Shown piece after piece: positions 9,801-19,540 of a stretch of 20,000 nucleotides of DNA. The stretch comes from Chiloscyllium plagiosum (taxonomy: Eukaryota): contig NC_057752.1 of the NCBI RefSeq assembly GCF_004010195.1, positions 7,011,196-7,031,195 of the forward strand. Reading direction: 5' to 3'. The stretch's first letter is position 1. Every line of letters starts with the position of its first letter. Below the pieces are notes generated by a model, which saw nothing but the letters and a program-made list of their open reading frames with translations, was not told the origin of the DNA and did no database searches. The position numbers and the translations under genes were made by a program.

Positions 9801-11222
9801 AGTCATTCTCTGCAGTGCATGTTTTATAGCAAATTGAAGACAAGGTTTAGTTAACTGAGCAATAATGTGTGGGGGTGGGAAGGAAGGAGAGAATTTAAAA
9901 TTCCTGTCCACTAAGTCTCACCACTTAATTCACCTCCGGTCTTTACACATTTGCCTCAACAGACGAGTAGAGGTCATAGATCAGCACTAGTTGTCTTATC
10001 TAGCTTGTACATTAAGCAGTGATTAGAGCTCAAATCTGAAAACATGCAGAACAACCTCATTGTAAACTGCATAACCATGCCTCAATTTCTGGTGTTGCAG
10101 CAGTTTCCAGAAAAATAGAAGCTACACAATTGAGCATGTAATCTTCCTATTGAGAAGCCAAGCAAAAAAAAGGTAGCATTACTGAAACTCAACATGCCTG
10201 TGCCACCACATACTTGTGTTTGGATGACTTAACAGCTCCTCCCAGCCACTCACTGCTGCAGCCCTGGTCAAGCAAAAACTGTCTGACAGATTAGCTCACC
10301 TTTTGTAAATAGACACTTATGGGATATGAGCAACAGCACCAACTCCTACACAATCTGGCAAGATTAATAGCTACCTTGGATCAAGTAACAAGACTGCAAA
10401 AACAAACTCAGGTGAAGCTAAAAAGGTGATATTGGAACTGCAAAGAATGACAAGTCACCAATGAAAGGTTTTGCTCTTTAATACATGTCACTTTAAATTT
10501 TCAAAGTACTCCACAAGTCACATTATAGTACTACAAGCAAGGTTCAACCACTACTAGATGGAAGCACTGAACCTTGCTGGACTACAGTTTAGCAAACACT
10601 CCATTTTTTAGGTCATGTACAACAATTAAAGAATTAATTCACCTCATGAAATTAATCCAAAGACATTACCAGTGAATACTGATCACTGTTGAGCAATAGG
10701 CTGAATTAGTTTTATATGACCAAGGGATCACAAGATCTACAGCTGCATTCAAACTTTCAACTGTTCACACATCAGAAGTGATTAACTGACATCCAAGTCA
10801 AGTAGACACCTGGCTCTGATAACAGGTGGTTACATGCTGATGGTTAACTGGAGTCTACAGTAATGGGATGAAAGAACCCTTACAGCCAGAGGATTAGAAA
10901 TCATGTCCCAATCTTGACCTCAGATTCTGGGCCTAATGTCCACAGACTGCCAATTACTGCCGAGTTAGCAGTAACAATACAGGATGGAAGCAAGCTTTAA
11001 AAGTGTGTACAGTATGAGAGATCTTTTTCACATGTTAGTTATGTACTGTGGAAACCTAGTCAAATTTGAAGTTCAATTCTGAGCTCTGGTTTAATCCTAA
11101 AATCTATTAAGGTGATCTAGATCTATCATTGGGTCTAGAGTTTACACAAGATAAGATAGCACAAGTTAAGTGCAAGTAAAACAGAAGTTCTGGACTCATG
11201 TACTAGATTACTTGGGTTTAGG

Positions 11223-12109
11223 CCAAGTCATCCACCCACATTTCCACCACCTCCAAAAAGACCCCACCACCAGGGATATATTTCCCTCCCCACCCCTTTC
11301 CGCCTTCCGCAAAGACCATTCCCTCCGTGACTACCTGGTCAGGTCCACACCCCCCTACGACCTACCCTCCCATCCTGGCACTTTCCCCTGCCACCGCAGG
11401 AACTGTAAAACCTGTGCCCACACCTCCCTCACCTCTATTCAAGGCCCTAAAAGGAGCCTTCCACATCCAAAGTTTTACCTGCACATCCACTAATCATTTA
11501 TTGTATCCGTTGCTCCCGATGCGGTCTCCTCTACATTGGGGAGACTGGGCACCTCTTAGCGCGCTTTAGGGAACATCTCCGGGACACCTGCACCAATCAA
11601 CCAAACCGCCCCGTGGCCCAACATTTCAACTCCCCCTCCCACTCTGCCGAGGATATGGAGGTCCTGGGCCTCCTTCACTGCTGCTCCCTCACCAGACGCC
11701 TGGAGGAAGAACGCCTCATCTTCCGCCTCGGAACACTTCAACCCCAGAGCATCAATGTGGACTTCAACAGCTTCCTCATTTCCCCTTCCCCCACCTCATC
11801 CTAGTTTCAAACTTCTAGCTCCGCACTGTCCCCTTGACTTGTCCGACCTGCCTAGTTCCTTTTCCACCTATCCACTCCACCCTGACTTATCTCCTCCCCC
11901 ACTCACCTATTATACTCGATGCTACTTTCTCCCCACCCTCCTCTAGCTTATCTCTCCACGCTTCAGGCTCTCTGCCTTTATTCCTGATGAAGGGCTTTTG
12001 CCCAAAACGTCGATTTTGCTGCTCGTCGGATGCTGCCTGAATTGCTGTGCTCTTCCAGCACCAATGATCCAGAATCTGGTTTCCAGCATCTGCAGTCATT
12101 GTTTTTACC
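11223..12109 (+). mobile_element. 5'-truncated Penelope-like element (GIY-YIG endonuclease region plus 3' pLTR), antisense in RAB5B intron 1
   Basis: Frameshifted GTFPCHRRNCKTC...YCIRCSRCGLLYIGETG...RRLEEERLIFRLGTLQP; hammerhead-like motif at 11984; 14-bp target-site duplication TACTTGGGTTTAGG at 11209-11222 and 12110-12123. Confidence 0.92.
11978..12016 (+). ncRNA. Minimal hammerhead ribozyme motif of Penelope-like element (core mutated)
   Basis: CTGATGA-A-GGGC-TTTT-GCCC-AAAAC-GTC: CUGANGA box plus 4-bp stem II; the GAAA box reads AAAA. Confidence 0.7.
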
Positions 12110-12409
12110 TACTTGGGTTTAGGGACAAGCAGAACAATTTGAGAAACCAGAAGCCTTAAAAAGAATTAGACCTGGGAAACGTTCAGAGTAGACACCAAAT
12201 TCCAGACAAAAGCATAGCATAACACTATTTTTGTTGAATTATGGTAATGAGCCACTAGGGTGGCCAGGCAAGTAAACTGGTCAAAAAAACTAGCATATCA
12301 GAAGGACCCTCTGCTTCATATCAGACTAAGTAGTCTGTTTAGTTCAATAAAACACCTCAAAAAAAAGTGAGCACATTACAAAGTGTCTGTGCAAGCAAGG
12401 CAATTATCC

Positions 12410-13211
12410 AGATAGTCAGATGTACAGCATGGAAACAGACCCTTCAATCCAACCTGTCCACACCAACCAGATATCCCAACCCAATCTAGTTCCGCCTGCC
12501 AGCACCCAGCCCATATCCCTCCAAACGCTTCCTATTCATATACCCATCCAAATGCCTTTTAAATGGTTGCAATTGTACCAGCCTCCACCACTTCCTCTGG
12601 CAGCTCATTCCATATACATACTACCCTCTGAAAGTGTTGCCCCTTAGGTTTAGGGTGAGGGAAAAAGAAAAAAGCTATGCCCTCTAGCTCTGGACTCCCG
12701 ACCCCAAGGAAAAGACTATTTATCCTATCCATGCCCCTCAATTTTCTAAACTTCTATAAAGGTCACCCCTCAGCCTCCAACGCTCCAGGGACAACAATCC
12801 CAATCTGTTCAGCCTCTCCCTACAGCTCAAATCCTCCAACCCTGGCAACATCCTTGTAAATCTTCTCTGAACCCTTCCAAGTTTCACAACATCTTACCGA
12901 TAGGAAGGAGACCAGAACTGCACGCAATATTCCAACAGTGGCCTAACCAATGTTCTGTACTCCATACTCCTGACCAATAAAAGGAAAGCATTCCAAACAC
13001 CTTCACTATCCGATATACCTGCGACTCCACTTTCAAGGAGTGATGAACCTACACTCCAAGGTCTCTTTGTTCAACACCACTCCCCAGGACCTTACCATTA
13101 AGTGTACAAGTCCTGCTAAGATTTGCTTTCCCAAGATGCAGTACCTCGCATTTAATCTAAATTAAACACCATCTGGTCCAGATCCTGTTGTAATCTGAGG
13201 TAACCCTCTTT
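12410..13211 (-). mobile_element. HER1/CR1 LINE 3' fragment
   Basis: Tail GTACAGCATGGAAACAGACCCTT is homologous to the HE1 tails in this window; minus ORF 12559..12741 gives ...RVVCIWNELPEEVVEAGTI, typical of a CR1 ORF2 C-terminus. Confidence 0.88.
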
Positions 13212-14719
13212 TAGTTCAATGATTGCTTGCTTTGCTACTGCGCTAAACAATTAATAGCTGAAGAACTTTTTGGTACTTGCCCTAATTTCAGGCATTTGAA
13301 TGGGGTTTTCCACCCCCCCCCGATACAAATTTTGCTCTCCACTCACCTCAATAGTACTTAGTCTCTTGCATGAGAAGAGCAGTTAAGGTTAACATAATCC
13401 AATTTTTCCCCTCGGGTCTTTGCTTAATTCAGGCTTTGATAGATCAGCCCTTTGAAAGGCTCGTTATTAGTCTCACCTAGACCTGATCATATTAGAGCAG
13501 AGTTTCTAGCTTACTGTCTAGTCAAACATTCATTGGCAGGTTGCACTTCATCAGCAAGTCACCCTTAGTGGAGTGTGCAGAAAAGTACCTTTGAACTGAA
13601 GAAACAGTCTATGCATAGAGTGAGGTAAACAGACAGTCCATGTTGTACCCCTCAAGCAAAGCTACTAAACAAGGGGAACTTTGCCCAAGTACATCCACAT
13701 CCAAGATGGAAGGTGGAGCCAGTCAAAGGGGAAATCATACACTTGGAGTTAAAACAACTCAAATGTTGACTGTTAAACAAGTGTGAAATTGCATAGAGAT
13801 CTAAATAGTACTTTGGAAGGAAAGCAAACTAACTTAGTTCAAAGTTAATATTCCCAAAAAACCCTAGAAGTCACAAATAAAACAACAAATACTATTGAAT
13901 AACAAACCACTTGCATGCAACCTATTTTCTGCAGTTTGATTGTAACTGGTTATCAACCTTGAAATGTGGATCAGTTAGTTGACTTTTAAATGAAGGATAA
14001 CTACTGTTAATGCAGAGACGGATGATTATATTTGACAGACAGATACACGCCGATAGGCCCATAGTCTTAGAATCTTGATTCTCTTTCCTCTAACTCCACT
14101 TCTGGTGAAAAGACATTTACGAAAGTAGTTAGAGAGTTTGCTCAGAGTACACTTGAAAATAACTAAAAATTCAGCACATATGGCAATTTATCCTTTTTGT
14201 TTTCAATTGAACCAATTAAGATAGCCTTGGGCCATCAAATTGATTTATATGCAAGGCAAAGATTAGTGGGCTGAGCAACTCAATGACATCACGCCCAAGA
14301 TATTGTCCCACACAAGCACTAAGATGGGTGTTACGTTCTTTTGAACGTTGTAATTCAGTTAAATCTACGAACTGCACCTTAACTTCAACAGGGTATTACC
14401 AACATGGTCTCCCACCCCCAAAAATCGAAAATAAAATCAAAGCAGAATATTCAAGATTCGCTTCAAAACAGCTCAACCCTACTGTAAAATTACAAGCCAT
14501 CGACTGACATCATCCACCTCATACTTGAAAATGAGGCTTTTCAAATCTGGTCTTCAAATGGAAAGACATTGAAGTCGGCTTCTGCCCATCCATTTGTCAC
14601 ACTCAGCAGAACATTTTGTTGAAAACAGGCTCTTCAACTAGGAAGAATCTACATTTACTTTTTAATTAGGAGTAGGTCATTTGGAAGCAACAATGACAAG
14701 AAGCAGATTTTTGTTTTAC

Positions 14720-14830
14720 CTTCACGACGCCTTCAACTTCGCAGGCTTTTTTTTTCCTCCGCCAATAGTGTCGCAAGAACTAGACACCTAGCCAAGTCTG
14801 AACCACAGCCTCCTGCATAAGTTGATTGAT
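14720..14830 (-). other. RAB5B: Probable non-coding exon 1 of RAB5B (5' boundary approximate)
   Basis: Donor AAG|GTAAAA at 14720/14719 directly downstream (minus sense) of a CCAAT-rich, CpG-retaining region. The first coding exon begins at an acceptor, so an upstream exon is required; vertebrate RAB5 genes have a non-coding first exon. Confidence 0.6.
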
Positions 14831-15125
14831 AGCTCAAGAATTGAATAAAAAGCTGACAAACCTTATTGACGGCTACTTCCACCAATGATAAAATAAGGCG
14901 GGTACAGTTGTGCAGATGACCAATAGTGATAGGGGTTCTATGTGATTGGTAGGAAATCCTGACCACTAGCCAAATGCTTCTAGGAATTCGTGATTGGTAA
15001 GTGAACCAATCAGAAAAGCGATCTATGTGAAGGCGGGACTTCCTGCAGCACGGTTAAATTGGTTGCCTCTTTGACATCAGGTGACAGAAAACAATGAGGT
15101 CAGAGTTGATTTCTATAATTGGAAA
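14760..15125 (-). promoter_or_regulatory. Putative RAB5B promoter with CCAAT (NF-Y) array and E2F/GC-box/ETS-like sites
   Basis: CCAAT at 14762, 14882, 14920, 15006; ATTGG at 14945, 14993, 15058, 15118; GGCGGG at ~14897; GGCGGGACTTCCTG at 15032-15045; TGACATCA at 15072; local CpG retention. Confidence 0.7.
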
Positions 15126-15357
15126 ATATAAGCTTTGCATTTTAGCACAGCGCAATTAATATATCATAATAATGTACATGATATCATTGCATTTTTTAGG
15201 AAGGCCCAAAGTGTTCCCAATACCGAATTTGATTTAAATTCTTGTTGTTAGATCCAGCAAGGCAAAGTATCCCTATTTCCCAGTAATAATTTAAATTCGA
15301 CCAAACTTGTAGCAGTTATGTGAATACATTCCTATCTCTTGGGGGACACTTCAGAAA

Positions 15358-15460
15358 GAACTTGAATTTCTTTAATGTTTTTCACTGCCTCAGGACAGCC
15401 TAAAATTTTTAGTAGCTAACAAAACATTCTTTAAACATTGCTGCAACATAGGGAAACATG
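15358..15460 (-). mobile_element. Degraded Deu-domain SINE tail, interrupted by an HE1 SINE
   Basis: TTTCACTGCCTCAGGACAGCCTAAA...CATTGCTGCAACATAGGGAAACATGG resembles the same family as 3222-3480. Confidence 0.45.
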
Positions 15461-15750
15461 GGATGGTATGGTGGCTCTGCTGCCTCACAGTACCAGACCC
15501 AGGTTCGAAACCACCCTTGGGTGACTTGTCTGTGTGGAGTTTGCACATGGTTTTCCTCCGGGTGCTTCAGTTTCCTCCCACAGTCCAAAGATATGCAGGC
15601 TAGGGTGAATTGGCCATGCTAAATTACCCATAGTTTCCAGGGATGTGTAGGTGTTAGATGGCTTAGCCATGGAAATGGGATGAGTCTGGGTGGGATGACC
15701 TTAGGAGGGCTGGTGTGGACTCAATGGATCACACTGTAGGGATTTAATGT
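15461..15750 (+). mobile_element. HE1-type tRNA-derived SINE
   Basis: CTGCTGCCTCACAG...GGTTCGAAACC...TGTGTGGAGTTTGCACA...GGTGAATTGGCCATGCTAAATT...CACACTGTAGGGATT; reverse-complement homologue of 7548-7848. Confidence 0.88.
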
Positions 15751-15849
15751 GTCTATGACAGTCAACTTGAACATAACACGCAATAATAATTTGTAATTTT
15801 GTGTGCAATCTAGTCTTCACTGGCAGTAATAATTGTCTATCTCTAATTT

Positions 15850-16026
15850 GGTGAGCACCTTCAATTCATGTGCTATAGGCAAACCTACAGTGCTGTTAGG
15901 AAGGGAGTACCTGAATTTTCCTGCATCAGCGAAGGAACTACCCATTGCTTGCTGCCCTTGTCCTTTTCGGTGATTGTGGTTGCAGATTTGGAAGGTGCTC
16001 GAAATGTTGCTGTAATGCATCTTCTC
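15850..16026 (-). mobile_element. Old non-LTR LINE (CR1/L2 group) 3' fragment, left of the Penelope insertion
   Basis: GCTGTTAGGAAGGGAGT...TGCTGCCCTTGTCCTT...TTTGGAAGGTGCT matches a common shark LINE as recalled; the same family continues at 17753-17910. Confidence 0.6.
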
Positions 16027-17752
16027 GGAGAAAGTTGGGACTGCAGATGCTGGAGATCAGAGTTGAGAGTGTGATGCTGGAAACCACACCCTTCACTTCC
16101 TCCAAGACTTTCCTTACCCAGGCCCTCTATGCCTAATCTTCATCATGGACCTCCAGTCCCTGTACACATCTGTCTGCCATGACGAAAGCCTCCAAGCCCT
16201 CCGTTTCTTCCTTTCACACTGTCCCAACCAGTACCCTTCCACTGACATCCTCATCCACCTGGTTGAACTGGTCCTCACCCTTAACAACTTCTCCTTCCAA
16301 TTCTCCCATTTCCTCCAAACCAAAGAGGTAGCCATGGGCACCCACATGGACCCCAGCTATGCCTGCCTGTTTGTTGGGTACGTGGAATAGTCCATGTCCG
16401 CACCTACACTGGCACCACCCTGCACCTTTTCCTCCGCTACATTGATGATTGTATCAGCGCTACCTCGTACTCCCAGCAGGAGGTTGAACAGTTCATCAAC
16501 TTCACTAACACCTTTCATCCTGACCGCAAATTCACCTGGACCATCTCTGACACCTCCCTCCCCTTCCTGGACCTCTCCATCTCTGGCAACCGTCTAACCA
16601 TGGACATCTACTACAAACCCACCAACTCTCACCTGGACTACACCTCCTCCCACCCTACCTCCTGTAAAAACGCCATCCCTTATTCCCAATTCCTCCATCT
16701 CCGCAGCATCTGTTCCCAGGATGACCAATTCCACCTTAGAAAATCCCAGATGGCCTCCTTCTTTAACAATTGCAATTTCCCTTCTCATGTGACAATGCCA
16801 TCCAATGCATCTCCTCCACTTTCCGCACCTCCTCCACTTCCTGCACCTCCACCCTTGACCTCACCCCTTCCAACGCAACAAGGACAGAAACCCTCTGGTT
16901 CTCACCTTCCACCTCACCAACCTCCATATACATCGCATTATCCTCCGCCACTTCCACCACCTACAATCAGACCCCACCATGAGGGACATATTTCCCTCCT
17001 CACCCCTTTCAGCATTCCGCAGAGACCATTCCCTCCGTGGCTCCCTTGTAAGATCTACGCCCCCCAACAGCCAATATCCCACTCCCAGCACCTTCCCCTG
17101 CCACCGCAGGAATTGCAAAACCTGCACCACACCTCCCCCCTCACCTTCGTCCTCGGCCCCAAGGGATCCTTTCACGTCCGACAGAAATTTATCTGGACCT
17201 CTACTATATCTGGTCACCTACTATATCTGTTGCACCCGACGTAGTCTCCTCTACATTGGAAAGACAGGACGCCAACTTGCGGATTGTTTCAACCCCACTG
17301 CCCCGTGGCTGAACACTTCAACTCCCCCTCCCATTCTGCCAAGGACATGCAGGTCCTGGGTCTCATCCATTGCCAAACCCTTGTCACCCGACGCCTGGAG
17401 GAAGAAAGCCTCATCTTCTGCCTTGGGACCCTGAAACCACACGGGATTCATGTGGACTTCACCAGTTTCCTCATTTCTCCATCCCCCACGTTATCCCAGT
17501 CCCAAGCTTCCAATTCGGCACTGCCCTCCTGACCTGTCCATCGCCTTTCCCGTCTATCTGCTCCACCCTCCTCTCCGACCTATCACCTTCGCCCCCACCT
17601 TCATCTACCCTATCGCATTCTCAGCTGCCTTCCACCCAATCCTACCCCCCTTCCCATTTATCTCTCAGCACCCTTGGGCCACAAGCCTCCTTCCTGATGA
17701 AGGGCTTATGCCCAAAACGTTGATTCCCCAGCTCCTCGGATGCTGCCTGACC
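16027..17752 (+). mobile_element. Penelope-like element (RT plus GIY-YIG, pseudogenised) with inverted terminal segment at its 5' side
   Basis: RT motifs MDLQSLYT, Q..VAMGT.M.PSYACLF and LRYIDDC (16432-16452); thumb YYKPTNSH/KNAIPYSQF; GIY-YIG YICC..LLYIGKTG (~17220-17270); premature TAG at 16388 and frameshifts; 18-bp tandem duplication at 16811-16846. Confidence 0.93.
17688..17726 (+). ncRNA. Minimal hammerhead ribozyme motif of Penelope-like element (core mutated)
   Basis: CTGATGA-A-GGGC-TTAT-GCCC-AAAAC-GTT, at the same position in the element as the motif at 11984. Confidence 0.65.
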
Positions 17753-17910
17753 AGATAAGCTTCGAGTCAGTGTAAACCCCCAGGATATTGACAGTAGGAA
17801 TTCAGTAACGGTAATGATGTTGAAGATAAAGGGGAGATGGTTAGCTTCTCTCTTAGTGGAAATTATCACTTCCTGGCACTTCGGTGGCACAAATTCAACT
17901 TGGCACATCA
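17753..17910 (-). mobile_element. Old non-LTR LINE RT C-terminal fragment
   Basis: Minus ORF CQVEFVPPKCQEVIISTKREANHLPFIFN resembles the W(Q)V.F...KC motif that follows RT in CR1/L2-group LINEs. Confidence 0.7.
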
Positions 17911-17939
17911 GTGCTTAAGGAGTTGCAGGACAGGAGCAG

Positions 17940-18599
17940 TGTTATGGACCAGGCCAGACCCCCTCAAAATATTTCAAGAAAGTACCCAGACCCTAATTTT
18001 GCTAGTTGTTTTAAGTAGGTGTATCGTGGATATTCCAGGAGTGATGCAGCTGGCCAAACCACTTAGTTTTAAACAAAACAGAATTTATTTGCAAGATTAC
18101 TGAATGAAATACAAACAAGAGAACAGAATGTAGAATAACAACCTATCTGAAAACCCAATAGATTATCCCAACGTAATGATGCTGTTCAAAATACTTCCAA
18201 CAATCACCATAAACACCCCTTGGCACAAAAGGTAATATCAAGCACAGGGTCTTACAGGAGAGTAAGCGATGGCAGCATGGAATACCTTCTTCCATGTTGC
18301 TGTTTCTTGGATCAGCAGCCTCAAAACTGTCTGCCTGCTTTCAGTGAATAGCGAGACTGCCAAAACCACATCAAACCAGAGAAAAGCTGAGCTCGGAGAA
18401 ATGGCCACTACCCTTACATTGTACAAGTGTTTTTTTTTAACTTGAAAGCCTTTTGTCTGATGCAGCATCTGGTTGCTATTATCAAACTAGCCCTAAAACC
18501 CTTCAAACCTAGACTTTTCAGAATTGCTGCTTTTACGACCTCTCTGAAAAAAAGACAAGGACAGCATAACCTTGTTAAGGGAGCAGCATCTTCACAACA
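17940..18599 (-). mobile_element. Solo LTR (660 bp), probably Gypsy-type
   Basis: Termini TGTTATG...CACAACA (TG..CA, 6/7 inverted match); flanks GCAG / GCAT (imperfect 4-bp TSD); minus-strand AATAAA at 18089..18084. Confidence 0.75.
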
Positions 18600-18696
18600 G
18601 CATGGGGTTAGATACAGACTAAAGCTCCCTTTACACTGTCCCCCATCAAGCACACCCAGGTCAGGTACAGCAAGGGGTTAGATATAGACTAAGGCT
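18600..18696 (+). repeat. 70-bp tandem repeat (about 1.4 units) of a common shark satellite/minisatellite
   Basis: GGGGTTAGATA(C/T)AGACTAA(A/G)GCT recurs at 18604 and 18674; CAGGACAGG at ~17926 on the other side of the LTR matches CAGGTCAGG in the unit. Confidence 0.8.
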
Positions 18697-18812
18697 TCGG
18701 GAATTGGCAGGAAAGTGGAGTTGAGGATTATCAGATCAGCCATGAACTAATTTAATGGTAAAGTAGACTCAACGGGCTGAATGGCCTACTTCTGCGCTGA
18801 TGTCTTCTGGTT
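18697..18812 (+). mobile_element. CR1 LINE 3' tail fragment
   Basis: GCAGGAAAGTGGAGTTGAGG...ATCAGCCATGA...GGGCTGAATGGCCTACTTCTGC; homologous to 7385-7478. Confidence 0.85.
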
Positions 18813-18849
18813 GAAGCTCTTGTTAAAGACTAGCAAATCATCAATGACA

Positions 18850-19540
18850 GGTGTTTGTGCAGTACGAGATACTAGGGCAGTGTTGCATTGTTAGGTACAT
18901 AGTTTGACCGTCCTTCCAGACCATATTTTTGGCTTTGAATATTTTCTTCATCCCATTTTTGGGCTTCTTGTATATTTGACAGCTTCCTTTCAGTAATTGG
19001 TAAGTGGTTAGTTACCTCTAATGTGTAGGCTTCAAGCTCCTCAAAACGAAGGTTTAACCTTTTGTTCTGTTCCATTTGATGGTGTCCTTCAGAGAGTGTC
19101 TGCTGTTTGGCACTTCCCTTGGACATACTCAGTAATTGAATCATACCTCACAAATTTTAACCTGAACCACTGACTTCTAGGCAGCATCTTGGTGATTTAT
19201 TTTGTGTTCAGAAGAGAGAGTTTATGGTTGGTTTCAATTTTGAAGTGTAATCATCATCTGCCCATGCTCTCTAAAGTTTCTTTCTTAAGTGTGATGTAAT
19301 GCTGTTCTGTTTCTGTTAGTGATATAGTGGCATAATAAACTTGTGTATGCTTTCCATCTTGCTGCATTTGAAATAGTGCTGTCCCCAATCCCATAGATTA
19401 ACCTGGATGATAGTTGCTAGGGTTTCTGATGAGATCAGAAGTTGTTAATTTTTTTGAAAACATTTTCTTGGTCGATGTTCCAGCACCATTGACATACCTG
19501 TTTTAACAGCTGTTTCAAAGGCTTATTAACCTCTGCCAAA
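18850..19540 (-). mobile_element. Gypsy/Ty3 pol remnant (RT connection, RNase H and linker), pseudogenised
   Basis: Minus frames give LAEVNKPLKQLLKQVCQWCWNIDQENVFKKI, GLGTALFQ, YYATISLTETEQHY, ETNHK, KMLPRSQWFRLKFVRYD...YVQGK...ADTL with frameshifts and stops. Confidence 0.85.

Noticed and set aside
10150..10980. Possible ancient transposon remnants in intron 1
   Set aside because: Patchy repeat-like wording, but no diagnostic motif, termini or TSD that I can support.
14265..14430. Very old plus-strand LINE fragment
   Set aside because: Only faint resemblance to the family at 17753-17910; too degraded to call without alignment.
12322..14544. Numerous 6-7 bp-arm hairpins (e.g. 12322-12337, 13827-13839, 14069-14082, 14333-14348, 14525-14544)
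   Set aside because: Stems this short are expected by chance many times in 20 kb of AT-rich DNA; not individually meaningful.
14733..14966. Upstream coding exon or uORF of RAB5B
   Set aside because: It starts at a non-ATG codon within the CCAAT region, stops before the donor, and has no recognisable homology.
16600..17244. 214-aa Pro/His-rich ORF as a novel protein
   Set aside because: The N-terminal part is Penelope RT thumb; the Pro-rich remainder is an out-of-frame reading of the C-rich element after a frameshift.
18600..18696. CRISPR-like repeat-spacer structure
   Set aside because: Eukaryotic context, fewer than two full units, and the inter-repeat sequence belongs to a tandem unit rather than a unique spacer.
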